Assembly (NCBI GenBank): GCA_963790205.1
Contig: CAWBNQ010000002.1
Coordinates: 64,001-128,000 of the forward strand
Source of the DNA: Nitrospirota bacterium
GTDB taxonomy: Bacteria; Nitrospirota; UBA9217
Length of the DNA: 64,000 bases
Reading direction: 5' to 3'
Shown here: positions 19,783 through 28,881 of the stretch, piece by piece
Position numbering within the stretch: position 1 is the first letter of the stretch
How the letters are laid out: each line of letters opens with the position of its first letter
Made by a program: the position numbers and the translations under genes
The notes under the pieces: generated by a model
The model's input: only the letters and a program-made list of their open reading frames with translations
Databases searched by the model: none
Told to the model about the DNA's origin: nothing

Positions 19783-19977
19783 TTAATTCAGGATGCAGGT
19801 AGCCGCGACTATTGCGTGGGCTTCTTGCTTGCTCATATCGTCCGTCTGATAATAGATATAGTCATCAACCATATCGCAAAGCTCTTTGCGGGGAATATCC
19901 GGCATCAATTCGCGGACTTCCTCTTGAAATAACTTCGCAGCGTCGGAAGCTGTTTCTTTCTTCTCTATCCTGTTCAT
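19783..19977 (-). CDS. Small acidic hypothetical protein (64 aa)
   Basis: RBS GGGAGG before MNRIEKK; no recognised motif. Confidence 0.55.
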   Translation of the reverse strand: MNRIEKKETASDAAKLFQEEVRELMPDIPRKELCDMVDDYIYYQTDDMSKQEAHAIVAATCILN

Positions 19978-20339
19978 AATGCCTCCCTTCTGGCCCGGAG
20001 ACCGGGTGTCTGCGAGACCCCTTGCGGGCTCTCTGAGGGAAAGAGGTCTATTCCTGTCTTCATTATACCACAATATCACACTTCCCGTTATCTTCTTCCG
20101 GGACGTAACAGGGAAGCGAACCTCAAGCACGGCGCAGATGAAAAAACAGCATTAAGAAAGATTTTCTGATTACCTCTGATATGCTTAAAAAAGCATCGGC
20201 GTCGCAGCCTGGATAACGCCGGGGCGGTTTCCTGAGAAGGAGGTATTATTGTGCTCGCAGGCGGCATCGTGCTGCCGGGTTATGGGAAGCAAGAAAGGCT
20301 AAAGGGAGGCAAACAACGATGTGTGAAAGAGGCAACAAA

Positions 20340-21000
20340 ATGAAAAAGTTGTTTTTCGGAACATTGCTTTTGGCGTTGGTAATTGCAGCTCCTATTCCAA
20401 CGATGGCAGGGGTAGATGTAAACATCAGTATTGGCCTGCCGCCGCCCATCGTATTTCCCACACCACCGGAGTTGATAGTGCTGCCTGAGACGTACGTCTT
20501 GACGCAGACGTGGACATTTTCTTCTACAATGGTTGGTGGTGGCGTCCGTGGGAAGGACGCTGGTATCGCTCGCGGTACTACGACTCAGGTTGGGCCTATT
20601 ATTCTATTATTATAGAAGCGTTCCGTATTTTTATACACGGATACCCTCAGGCTGGAGGAATGACTACAGGGAGCATCGTTGGAAAGGGCATCAGTGGAAC
20701 TATCAACGAATACCTCACCAACAAGTTCAAAGGAACTGGAGAGACTGGGAAAAGAGCAGGCATTGGGAGAAGCAACGAACGTGGGGTGTCCAGGGTCTGC
20801 AACCCAGAACACGATCACAACAACCGTCTCGAGAGGCGCAACCACGACAGTCCCGACCGCAATTAAGAGAGGTCAAACCGGAGCGGTCACGACAGCGCCG
20901 GGAGGCAGGTCCACTATTCCGGGACGGCCAACCACGGCACCCACGGAAACAAAAAGGCGAGCATGAAAGAGGGGAAGGAGAAAAACAGGATAGAAGATAA
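20340..21000 (+). pseudogene. Secreted Trp/Tyr/Arg-rich protein (YXWGXW-like), split by two frameshifts
   Basis: Signal peptide plus GVDVNISIGLPPP (first frame), DIFFYNGWWWRPWEGRWYRS (second frame), YRSVPYFY..WRNDYREHRW (third frame); shifts near 20495 and 20605. Confidence 0.7.
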
Positions 21001-21113
21001 GAAGGAGTGGGGAAAAATAAGAGTGCAGAGTTCGAAGGGGGAAGCAAAAGGGCGGCTCTTTAAAAAAAGGCAGAACGGATGAACCGTCCTGCCCGGTTTG
21101 AGGAGTTGTCGAA

Positions 21114-22802
21114 CTACGCGGTCACTTCGGTTGCCTCAACGCATTCCGCTTTGGTCTTGGACCAGCAGGGGCCGAGAATTTCCTCAAGGTCGGCCTCCGG
21201 CGTTGATGCGATCGGCTTGATGCTGAAATTCTTCACGAGCACATCGAGCACATTCGGCGTGATGAACGCCGGGAGCGACGGTCCGAGACGGATGTCCTTG
21301 ATCCCGAGATGGAGCAGCGAGAGCAGGATGGCAACGGCCTTCTGCTCGTACCAGGAGAGGACCAGCGAGAGAGGCAGATCGTTCACGCCCACATTGAACG
21401 CCTTGGACAAGGCAACGGCGATCTGGACCGCCGAATAAGCATCGTTGCACTGGCCGATGTCGAGCAGCCTCGGGATGCCGCCGATGTCTCCCAGCTCCTT
21501 GTCAAAGAACCGGAACTTGCCGCAGGCAAGGGTCAGCACCACCGTGTCCTTGGGCGCCTTTTCCACGAACTCGGTATAGTAGTTTCTGCCGGGTTTTGCG
21601 CCGTCGCAGCCGCCCACGAGAAAGAAGTGACGGATCTTTCCCGCCTTGACCGCAGCGATCACCTTATCGGCCACGCCGAGCACCGTATTTCGCCCAAAGC
21701 CCGCAAAGACTTCCTTCCCCGGCATATCTTCGGCGAATCCCGGAAGGGCAAGCGCCCTGTCGATTGCCGGCGTGAAGTCGCTGCCAACGATGTGCTTCAC
21801 ATCGGGCCAGCCCACGAGCCCGCAGGTGAAGATGTTCGCCTTATACGACTCGTGCGGTTTCTGGATGCAGTTCGTGGTCATCACGATTGCGCCCGGGAAA
21901 TGCGCGAATTCCTTGTGCTGGTTCTGCCAGGCCGTGCCGTAATGTCCGTAGAAGTGCGCGTACTTCTTGAGGTTCGGATAACCGTGGGCAGGCAGCATTT
22001 CCCCATGGGTGTAGACGTTGATTCCCTTGCCCTCGGTCTGCTTCAGGATTGTTTCGAGGTCCTTCAGATCGTGCCCGGACACCAGGAGCGCTTTGCCCTT
22101 TTTCGCGCCCAGCGGGACCTTGGTCGGGATGGGGTGGCCGTAGGCGCCGGTGTTGCCCGCGTCAAGGAGTTCCATGGTTTTGAGGTTGACCTCCCCGCAC
22201 TTCAGGACAAGACCGATCCAGTCTTCGAGGCCGCGCTCCGTCCCGGTCATGGAAGCCAGGGCTTCGCTCATGAACGCATACACGGAATCATCGGTTTTCC
22301 CGAGGATCTGCGCGTGATCTGCATACGCGGCAACGCCTTTCAGTCCGAAGAGCAGAATATCCTGGAGCGATTGAACGTCGGGGTTGACCACCACGTCGGG
22401 GACGTGCTCACGGACCGCTCTTCCCTGCTTGACGAGACCCTCGATCGTGGACTCCGGTCTAAAAGAAGCGCTCGCGTGGGCAAAATCCGTTTTGCCGTCC
22501 GACTGGCGTATTTTTGCGCCGAGCTGGTCGCGAAGTTCCACGCTCTTTTTGATCAGCTTTTCGAACCGCTTGGGATCGAAATCGACATTGGTGAGCGTTG
22601 AAAAAAGCGCCTTCGTCAAAAAAACGTTCACGTCCTGGTCCTTGACGCCGACCTTTCTTCCCTCCACGGCATAGAGCGACAGCCCCTTTAAGCTGTAGAT
22701 CAAAAGGTCCTGCAAAGCAGCAACCTCCGGGTCCTTGCCGCATACGCCGATCCTGGTGCAGCCCTTTCCATTGGCTGCCTGCTCGCATTGATAACAAAAC
22801 AT
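21114..22802 (-). CDS. hcp: Hydroxylamine reductase (hybrid cluster protein)
   Basis: MFCYQCEQ..GC...GVCGK, STLTNVDFD, SGHDL, THGEMLP, NCI, GGCDG, LACGK, GQCND and SWYEQKA motifs. Confidence 0.97.
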   Translation of the reverse strand: MFCYQCEQAANGKGCTRIGVCGKDPEVAALQDLLIYSLKGLSLYAVEGRKVGVKDQDVNVFLTKALFSTLTNVDFDPKRFEKLIKKSVELRDQLGAKIRQSDGKTDFAHASASFRPESTIEGLVKQGRAVREHVPDVVVNPDVQSLQDILLFGLKGVAAYADHAQILGKTDDSVYAFMSEALASMTGTERGLEDWIGLVLKCGEVNLKTMELLDAGNTGAYGHPIPTKVPLGAKKGKALLVSGHDLKDLETILKQTEGKGINVYTHGEMLPAHGYPNLKKYAHFYGHYGTAWQNQHKEFAHFPGAIVMTTNCIQKPHESYKANIFTCGLVGWPDVKHIVGSDFTPAIDRALALPGFAEDMPGKEVFAGFGRNTVLGVADKVIAAVKAGKIRHFFLVGGCDGAKPGRNYYTEFVEKAPKDTVVLTLACGKFRFFDKELGDIGGIPRLLDIGQCNDAYSAVQIAVALSKAFNVGVNDLPLSLVLSWYEQKAVAILLSLLHLGIKDIRLGPSLPAFITPNVLDVLVKNFSIKPIASTPEADLEEILGPCWSKTKAECVEATEVTA

Positions 22803-22858
22803 GGTGTATCCTCCTTGTAAGATAAAGAAATGTGGGTCGTCATCATTAACGTGCGCCG

Positions 22859-22901
22859 ATTATACCTGACTCAAGGCAGAGCGCATATGATGGGGATCAT
22901 A
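22859..22901 (-). promoter_or_regulatory. hcp promoter: -10 TATAAT plus an Fnr/HcpR-like palindrome
   Basis: ATTATA at 22859-22864 (TATAAT on the - strand); TATGAT-GGGG-ATCATA at 22886-22901, centred at about -41.5. Confidence 0.7.
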
Positions 22902-22959
22902 AGAGCATCGCAGGGTATTTTATTTTGACATTTCTTCTTTTCTCTGCTAACGTCCCTGC

Positions 22960-23094
22960 ATGCCACCCCCCTCCGCATAAAGTACGCCGGTATTGTCAAT
23001 CACATTACCTCTTTGCGTGCTATCATCTTCTTATTGAGACCCCGGACGGCAACCTTGTCCTCGTTATGAGGCAGCTGAACGATGTCTACGCAAT
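22960..23094 (+). pseudogene. Remnant of a REP-associated tyrosine (Y1/RAYT-like) transposase
   Basis: PLRIKYAGIVNHITS joined by an internal deletion to YHLLIETPDGNL...MRQLNDVY; both resemble RAYT blocks. Confidence 0.7.
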
Positions 23095-23166
23095 AGTAAA
23101 GACCTTAATGGTCTTCTTAAGGTTCTTGAAGCAGTGTATCGTTGAGACAACCTCCCCGTTCGAGGA

Positions 23167-24669
23167 GTGTACGTCGTGGAAGACTTGCCGCTTGATCAGG
23201 AACTGCACCACGAGATCTTCGGTTCCATCCTGGACAGGACCGAAATGACGCCCTTTCTGCTCCTGCCCGCACGGGACTATGCCGCTGCCCTCAAACAGGC
23301 GGCCAGGATGATGGCCAACCGCGGCTTCGACACGCTTGAAGGCGACGGGCTGGGAGAGAGCGAGCGCGAGCGCGCAGGGCACTACATCCGGCGCGCATAC
23401 GTCACTATTTTCGGCGGACTCTTCCCGTTTGTGACGAAGCAGCTGGAAGGGCTTGTTGCCCTGCGGTCTTCGAACGCAGGCCTCTACCAGAACTGCCTGC
23501 GCGCTCTCGCCGAGGCGCAAGCGGTGCTGCAGGACCCGGCCTTCCAACGCATCGTGGACGAGGACCCCCGCCACCTCTTTCTGCTTGCCTCCTCCCGGAA
23601 ATACCCCCGTGTCTTTTCCGGGTATCAGGGGAAATCGCTTGACGTGCCCTCAACCTGGCAGCAGGCCGCCTGCTGCCTCCTCAAGATGGTGCATCTGATA
23701 AAATCCGTGGAAGAGGACAGCCAGGACATCAACGACTACGTCCAACTGGGCTTTTTTCTGGAACAGCAGGGCCAGCGCCTCGATGAGCTCTTCCAGTACG
23801 ACTGGGAGCACCCGGCGCACATCCCGGACAATGAGCCCGCTCAGCGGGCTTTTGTAAAGATCTCCGCGTTCTTTCGCCGGCTGCGGGAGTCGCTGGTCTT
23901 TGACCGATCAAAAGGATGTCTCGTCTTCAACAGCGGGGACGGCGTGGACGTCGACATCGCCGAGATCAAGGCGCGGCTCAAGAGTCCGGAAAGTATGGTC
24001 ACCAAGCTGGGCAAGAATGTGGAAGGGGAAGCCTACGACATCAGGGACATCCTCGCGATCACGTTCATCCTCACGAACATCGATGACACGCTGAAGCTGT
24101 TCCATGCCCTCCAGAAGCGGGGAGTGATCCTCCAGGAGAACACGGCTTCGCACTCCATCACCCAGACGCTCTTTGGCGGGCCGGAGGACATGAAAGAGGC
24201 GATACGCAGGCTGATGATCAGCCTCTCCCGAAGCGGGGGAGGCAATGCCATGCCCCGGGAAGAGCAGCTGCTCGCGCACGCGAGGACCTTCTATGAGGCG
24301 CTGGGGATGAACACGGACAAAAACGTCCATTCCTCCCGGGGACACAGGAAGTTCCAGTGCAAGATCGCCTTTTCCCTGCCGATCCATCGCGCCTTGGAAA
24401 CGAACGAGATCATGATCCCCGGCACGCCGCTTTACGAGAGCAGGGACAAGGTCAGCAAGAAGACGGAGCAGCACACGCTGGGGGTTGAGCTGCGCATCTC
24501 CGACGTGGAGAGTTGGCGGACCTCCGAGCGCACCGGTGATTCACACCATGATGCATACAAATTCCGCCAGCTGGTCTTTGTGATGAACCGGGTCTTCAAA
24601 AACGTATTCCACTTTCCGGAAGAGGGCTTTCCTCAGCTCCGAAAGGATCAGACCGCCCTCTTCCCGTAA
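23167..24669 (+). CDS. Hypothetical protein with a divergent RelA/SpoT-like nucleotidyltransferase domain; start uncertain
   Basis: ARLKSPESMVTK, DIRDILAITFI, VELRI and HHDAYK resemble RSH synthetase motifs in order. Confidence 0.65.
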   Translation: MYVVEDLPLDQELHHEIFGSILDRTEMTPFLLLPARDYAAALKQAARMMANRGFDTLEGDGLGESERERAGHYIRRAYVTIFGGLFPFVTKQLEGLVALRSSNAGLYQNCLRALAEAQAVLQDPAFQRIVDEDPRHLFLLASSRKYPRVFSGYQGKSLDVPSTWQQAACCLLKMVHLIKSVEEDSQDINDYVQLGFFLEQQGQRLDELFQYDWEHPAHIPDNEPAQRAFVKISAFFRRLRESLVFDRSKGCLVFNSGDGVDVDIAEIKARLKSPESMVTKLGKNVEGEAYDIRDILAITFILTNIDDTLKLFHALQKRGVILQENTASHSITQTLFGGPEDMKEAIRRLMISLSRSGGGNAMPREEQLLAHARTFYEALGMNTDKNVHSSRGHRKFQCKIAFSLPIHRALETNEIMIPGTPLYESRDKVSKKTEQHTLGVELRISDVESWRTSERTGDSHHDAYKFRQLVFVMNRVFKNVFHFPEEGFPQLRKDQTALFP

Positions 24670-24864
24670 GATCGGGGGAGACCGGGAGGGTCTTTTCCGT
24701 TGTCGTTTCCTCTTATAAAGGCATTCGCGGCATTGTACTGCTGGTCCAGGGATATGTAAGGAATGGTTATACGCAGAAGTACGAAAACTGCCAGCGTGGC
24801 GGAAAGCACGGAAATGGATTACACCGCGAAAGACGGAAGTACGCGCTTTCAGAAGGAAGGAACC

Positions 24865-25089
24865 ATGAGAACCCGATTTTTGAAAAGAGCCGATTTGATC
24901 GTCGTGATGCTCCTGCTGACAGCTTGTTCTGGTTGCACTGCCCGGACCGCCTATGAGAGCCTTCACTATAATCGGGAATTGGATTGCCAGAAAATGCTCG
25001 GGACTGCTGACAGGGAAGAGTGCTTAAAAAGGTCCGGAATGAGTTATGATGAATATCAACATCGGTTAAACAAGGACCGGAACAAGTGA
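24865..25089 (+). CDS. Small lipoprotein
   Basis: RBS AAGGA; lipobox-like LTAC/SGC; C...C pair and MSYDEYQ. Confidence 0.7.
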   Translation: MRTRFLKRADLIVVMLLLTACSGCTARTAYESLHYNRELDCQKMLGTADREECLKRSGMSYDEYQHRLNKDRNK

Positions 25090-25406
25090 CGATGGCCGGG
25101 CAGTGACCTTATCAGAAATGAAGATCCGAGAGAGAGAAGCAAAAAGCATCCTGGCAAAGGCACAGATTTATGATTATGCCCTGCCGTTTCCCTGCCCGGA
25201 GCAAGAGCGGCATGCCCCGGCCGCAGATGCGCTATACTTGAAGCATTCCCGCGTCACGGGGGCCTTACCGCTCGACCCGGCTGTCTCGGTCGTCGAGCCG
25301 AACTCGGGGGAGGATAGCCCCGAGACCTCGAAGGTCCATTCCTTCAAGGAGCACGATCCGGAGAACCTCAGGGCCCCCGCGTCGTGATAGATTACAAGAG
25401 GCGACC

Positions 25407-27185
25407 ATGCACGACGACAAGACAGACGGCAACCGCTGGGTCGAACTGGCAAGCCGGGCCATGCCGTTTCGAAAGTGGTGGCCTGAAGTAACGAAACGAA
25501 ATTTCCGGTCGGACCTGGTCGCAGGCCTGACCGGCGCGATCATTGTTTTGCCGCAGGGCGTCGCGTTCGCCATGATCGCCGGCCTGCCGCCAGAATACGG
25601 GCTCTATACCGCGATCGTTCCGGCGATCATCGCTGCCCTGTTCGGATCGTCGCACCACCTCGTTTCCGGTCCTACGACCGCGATCTCCATCGTGCTGTTT
25701 ACGACGATCAGTCCTCTTACGCCGCCTGGCACCTTTGCGTATGTCGAGATGGTCCTGGCGCTCACGTTTATGGCCGGCCTGTTTCAGTTCGCCCTCGGCA
25801 TGGCCAGGCTCGGGGCATTGGTCAACTTTGTTTCCCATTCCGTGGTCGTGGGGTTCACCGCAGGCGCTGCCGTGCTGATCGGCACGAGCCAGATGAACAA
25901 CCTGCTCGGCATAGCGGGCTCGAAACGCCACGCATTCATTCACGTGTGGACGGATCTGCTGCACAATATCACCAGCACCAACCTCATCGTGGTCGTCATC
26001 GCCCTGGTCACGTTGATCGTCGCCCTCGTGATCAGGACCTATGCGCCGAAACTCCCCGGTCTGCTGATCGCCATGATCGCGGGGGGAGTCCTCTCCCTGG
26101 CAATGCACGGCAAGGAGCACGGGGTACGGCTTGTCGGAGCCCTGCCCGCGCATCTGCCGCCGCTCTCGGTTCCCGATCTGTCCACCGCGAATATCCGTGA
26201 CCTTGCGCCGGCTGCGCTCGCGGTCGCGATGCTGGGGCTTGCCGAGGCAGTGTCCATTGCCCGGGCGGTAGCCACGCGATCGCTCCAGCGCATCGACAGC
26301 AACCAGGAGTTCATCGGCCAGGGCCTGGCCAACATGATCGGCAGCTTCTTTTCGAGTTATGCGTCTTCAGGCTCGTTCACGCGCACGGGCGTGAATTACG
26401 ATGCAGGCGCCCGGACGCCTCTCGCCGCCGTGGTCGCGGCAGTCGCGCTCGCGCTCATCCTGCTCTTGATCGCGCCGCTCACCGCATATCTTCCGATCCC
26501 GGCCATGGCGGGTATCCTGCTTTTGGTCGCCTGGAACCTTGTCGATTTTCATCATATCAGGACCATTATCAGAACCAGCCGCCAGGAAGCAGCGGTGTTG
26601 GCGATCACGTTTCTTGCGACCCTGCTGGTGGAGCTGGAGTTCGCAATTTACGTCGGAGTGATGCTCTCGTTGCTGCTGTACCTGAACAGGACGTCGCATC
26701 CCGGATTCGTGACCCTGGTTGCCGATCATGAAGGATTGCATCAGCGGTTCATAAATGTCGAAAAAAAGGACCTTCCCGAGTGCCCGCAGCTCAAGATCCT
26801 GCGTGTGGACGGGTCTCTTTTCTTCGGTGCGGTGAACCATTTTGCGGAAGAGTTGAGCGCGATCACGCGCCACAGCCCCGAACAGGCCCATATTCTGATC
26901 GTCGGCGGAGGGATCAACTTCATCGATGTCGCGGGCGCGGAGACCCTGGCAAACGAGGCGCACCGGCTGCACCGAGAGGGCAGGAAGCTGTATTTGTGCT
27001 CCTTGAAAGGCGACGTTGTGGAGACGCTGCATCGCGGCGGTTACACTGAGCGCATCGGTGAGGAAAATATCCTGGGATCGAAAACAGCGGCGATCCGGAA
27101 ACTGGTCCCGCGGCTCGATCCGGAACGCTGCAGAGTCTGCATACTCAGGGTCTTCGATGAGTGCTCGCTGATGCCGGGCGCGTGA
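25407..27185 (+). CDS. SulP family anion transporter with STAS domain
   Basis: DLVAGLT, PQGVAFA, GLYTA, SGPT, NQEFIGQG, GSFTRT and LFFGA motifs; C-terminal CxxC..C. Confidence 0.95.
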   Translation: MHDDKTDGNRWVELASRAMPFRKWWPEVTKRNFRSDLVAGLTGAIIVLPQGVAFAMIAGLPPEYGLYTAIVPAIIAALFGSSHHLVSGPTTAISIVLFTTISPLTPPGTFAYVEMVLALTFMAGLFQFALGMARLGALVNFVSHSVVVGFTAGAAVLIGTSQMNNLLGIAGSKRHAFIHVWTDLLHNITSTNLIVVVIALVTLIVALVIRTYAPKLPGLLIAMIAGGVLSLAMHGKEHGVRLVGALPAHLPPLSVPDLSTANIRDLAPAALAVAMLGLAEAVSIARAVATRSLQRIDSNQEFIGQGLANMIGSFFSSYASSGSFTRTGVNYDAGARTPLAAVVAAVALALILLLIAPLTAYLPIPAMAGILLLVAWNLVDFHHIRTIIRTSRQEAAVLAITFLATLLVELEFAIYVGVMLSLLLYLNRTSHPGFVTLVADHEGLHQRFINVEKKDLPECPQLKILRVDGSLFFGAVNHFAEELSAITRHSPEQAHILIVGGGINFIDVAGAETLANEAHRLHREGRKLYLCSLKGDVVETLHRGGYTERIGEENILGSKTAAIRKLVPRLDPERCRVCILRVFDECSLMPGA

Positions 27186-27624
27186 ACCGTCCTTTGTTCA
27201 GGCTTCTGAGCCCTTCCCGTCTAAAAGCTGCCGCGAGTTTGAATGCTTTTTTCTCGCCATATTTGTTTACCGAGAAAGATTTCACACTATGTCTGTATTT
27301 CCGGGGATAGTATGTGCCGACGTAGAATTTATTCCGGGAACCGTCCTTGTAAGTCTTTATCACATAATGAACGCCAACAATGCCTGTCCGGCTCTTTATG
27401 GACGGATTTTTGTGATGCCCTTTCGGTTTTCGGCCGATGGGAAGCCCCTTTCGGGCGCGGTCGCGCAGGCAGGCGTCCCTGAATTTTATTGCCGCCTTAA
27501 GCGATTTCGCTTTTGAACCATGGGCAATATCGCTGAATGCTTTTTGTATTTCGGCGAACCGGAGTCTTACCCACCAGCCGTGGCTAGACCGGTAATGCAA
27601 TCGCGTTATATATTTGATCTTCAT
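27145..27624 (-). CDS. Basic protein with two AP2-like DNA-binding modules
   Basis: HGWWVR..KAFSD..HG...SLKAAIKFRD and TGIVGV...KSFSVNKYGEKKAFKLAAAFR; very Lys/Arg-rich; more AT-rich than its neighbours. Confidence 0.7.
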   Translation of the reverse strand: MKIKYITRLHYRSSHGWWVRLRFAEIQKAFSDIAHGSKAKSLKAAIKFRDACLRDRARKGLPIGRKPKGHHKNPSIKSRTGIVGVHYVIKTYKDGSRNKFYVGTYYPRKYRHSVKSFSVNKYGEKKAFKLAAAFRREGLRSLNKGRFTRPASASTHRRP

Positions 27625-27727
27625 CCGGATCTCCGGCGGGTTGAGATAGAGCGGCGCTTGATGATTTTCTGGGTCAGGTCCCGCCCCGCGTTTCGTTCAG
27701 AGAGCGCTTCGCCCGGTTTTTCAGGGC

Positions 27728-28804
27728 TCAACCCCGGGGCCTGGCCCGTTCGTACTGGATCGGCCAGGGGATCTCCGCTCTCAGCGCCCGCGCAGCCATC
27801 AAGGGCCAGTAAGGATCTCGCAGCAGCTCCCGCGCCAGGATGACCGCGTCGGCAAGGCCCGTGGCAACGATCTGCTCCGCCTGCGCCGGCTCGGTGATGA
27901 ACCCCACCGTTGCCGTTGCCATGTCCGTCTTTTGGCGGATCGCCGTGGCAAAAGGCGTCTGGTAGCCCGGCCCCGCGGGGATGGCGGTCTCAGGCAGCAC
28001 AACCAAGCCCCCGCTCGAACAGTCGATGAGGTCGATGCCGATGTCCTTCAACCGAAGACAGAGCTCCACGGACTGGTCCAGGCCCCAGCCTCCCTCCGCC
28101 CAGTCGGTCGCCGAAATGCGCACGAAGACCGGCCATTTCGCGGGCCAGATTTCCCGGACCGTCCGGGCCACGGCAAGAGGAAAGCGCATTCGGTTCTCGA
28201 GGCTCCCGCCGTATTCGTCGGTCCTCTTGTTCGCGAGGGGCGACAGGAACTCGTGCAACAGATAGCCGTGGGCCATGTGGATCTCCGCCACTTCGAAGCC
28301 CGCCATGAGCGCCCGTGCGGCCCCGCCGCGGAACTGCTTGAGGATACGTTCCCGGTCTTCGGCCGTGGCTTCGCGCGGCACGGGATGGGCCGGAGAAAAC
28401 GGCGCGGCGCTCGGCGCGATCGGCGTCCATCCCCGCTTGTCCGGCCCCAGGGGCCCGCCCCCGCGCCAGGGGAGATCGGTAGAAGCCTTGCGGCCCGCGT
28501 GGGCCAGCTGAATGCCCGCGACGGCTCCCTGCCCGCGGATGAACCGAGTGATCCGTTCAAAGGCCTCCGCATGGCCGTCGCTCCAGATGCCGCTGTCGTC
28601 GGGGCTGATCCTGCCTTCGGGACTGACGGCAGTAGCCTCGACCATGACCAGGCCCGCACCGCCCACGGCCCTGCTTCCCAGGTGCACCAGGTGCCAGTCC
28701 GTAGGCATGCCGTCCTGGCTCGAATACTGGCACATGGGTGAAACGAAAATACGGTTTCGGAAGGTCAGGTCGCGCAATTTCAAGGGGGAGAACAAACGAC
28801 TCAT
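27728..28804 (-). CDS. NADH:flavin oxidoreductase (Old Yellow Enzyme, NamA/YqjM-like)
   Basis: NRIFVSPMCQYS, QLAHAGRK, HMAHGYLLHEFLSP, RTDEYGGS and GPGYQ motifs. Confidence 0.95.
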   Translation of the reverse strand: MSRLFSPLKLRDLTFRNRIFVSPMCQYSSQDGMPTDWHLVHLGSRAVGGAGLVMVEATAVSPEGRISPDDSGIWSDGHAEAFERITRFIRGQGAVAGIQLAHAGRKASTDLPWRGGGPLGPDKRGWTPIAPSAAPFSPAHPVPREATAEDRERILKQFRGGAARALMAGFEVAEIHMAHGYLLHEFLSPLANKRTDEYGGSLENRMRFPLAVARTVREIWPAKWPVFVRISATDWAEGGWGLDQSVELCLRLKDIGIDLIDCSSGGLVVLPETAIPAGPGYQTPFATAIRQKTDMATATVGFITEPAQAEQIVATGLADAVILARELLRDPYWPLMAARALRAEIPWPIQYERARPRG

Positions 28805-28881
28805 GGATGACTTCCTCCTTTAATATAGATAGACGGATCAGTTTTCGCAGCTTTTAGTCCCTCGTTCTTAGTTTTCAGTTC

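Noticed and set aside
25118..25387. ORF starting MKIREREAKSILAKAQIYDYAL, resembling a radical SAM N-terminus
   Set aside because: The resemblance covers only ~22 aa and no CxxxCxxC follows; at most a tiny remnant.
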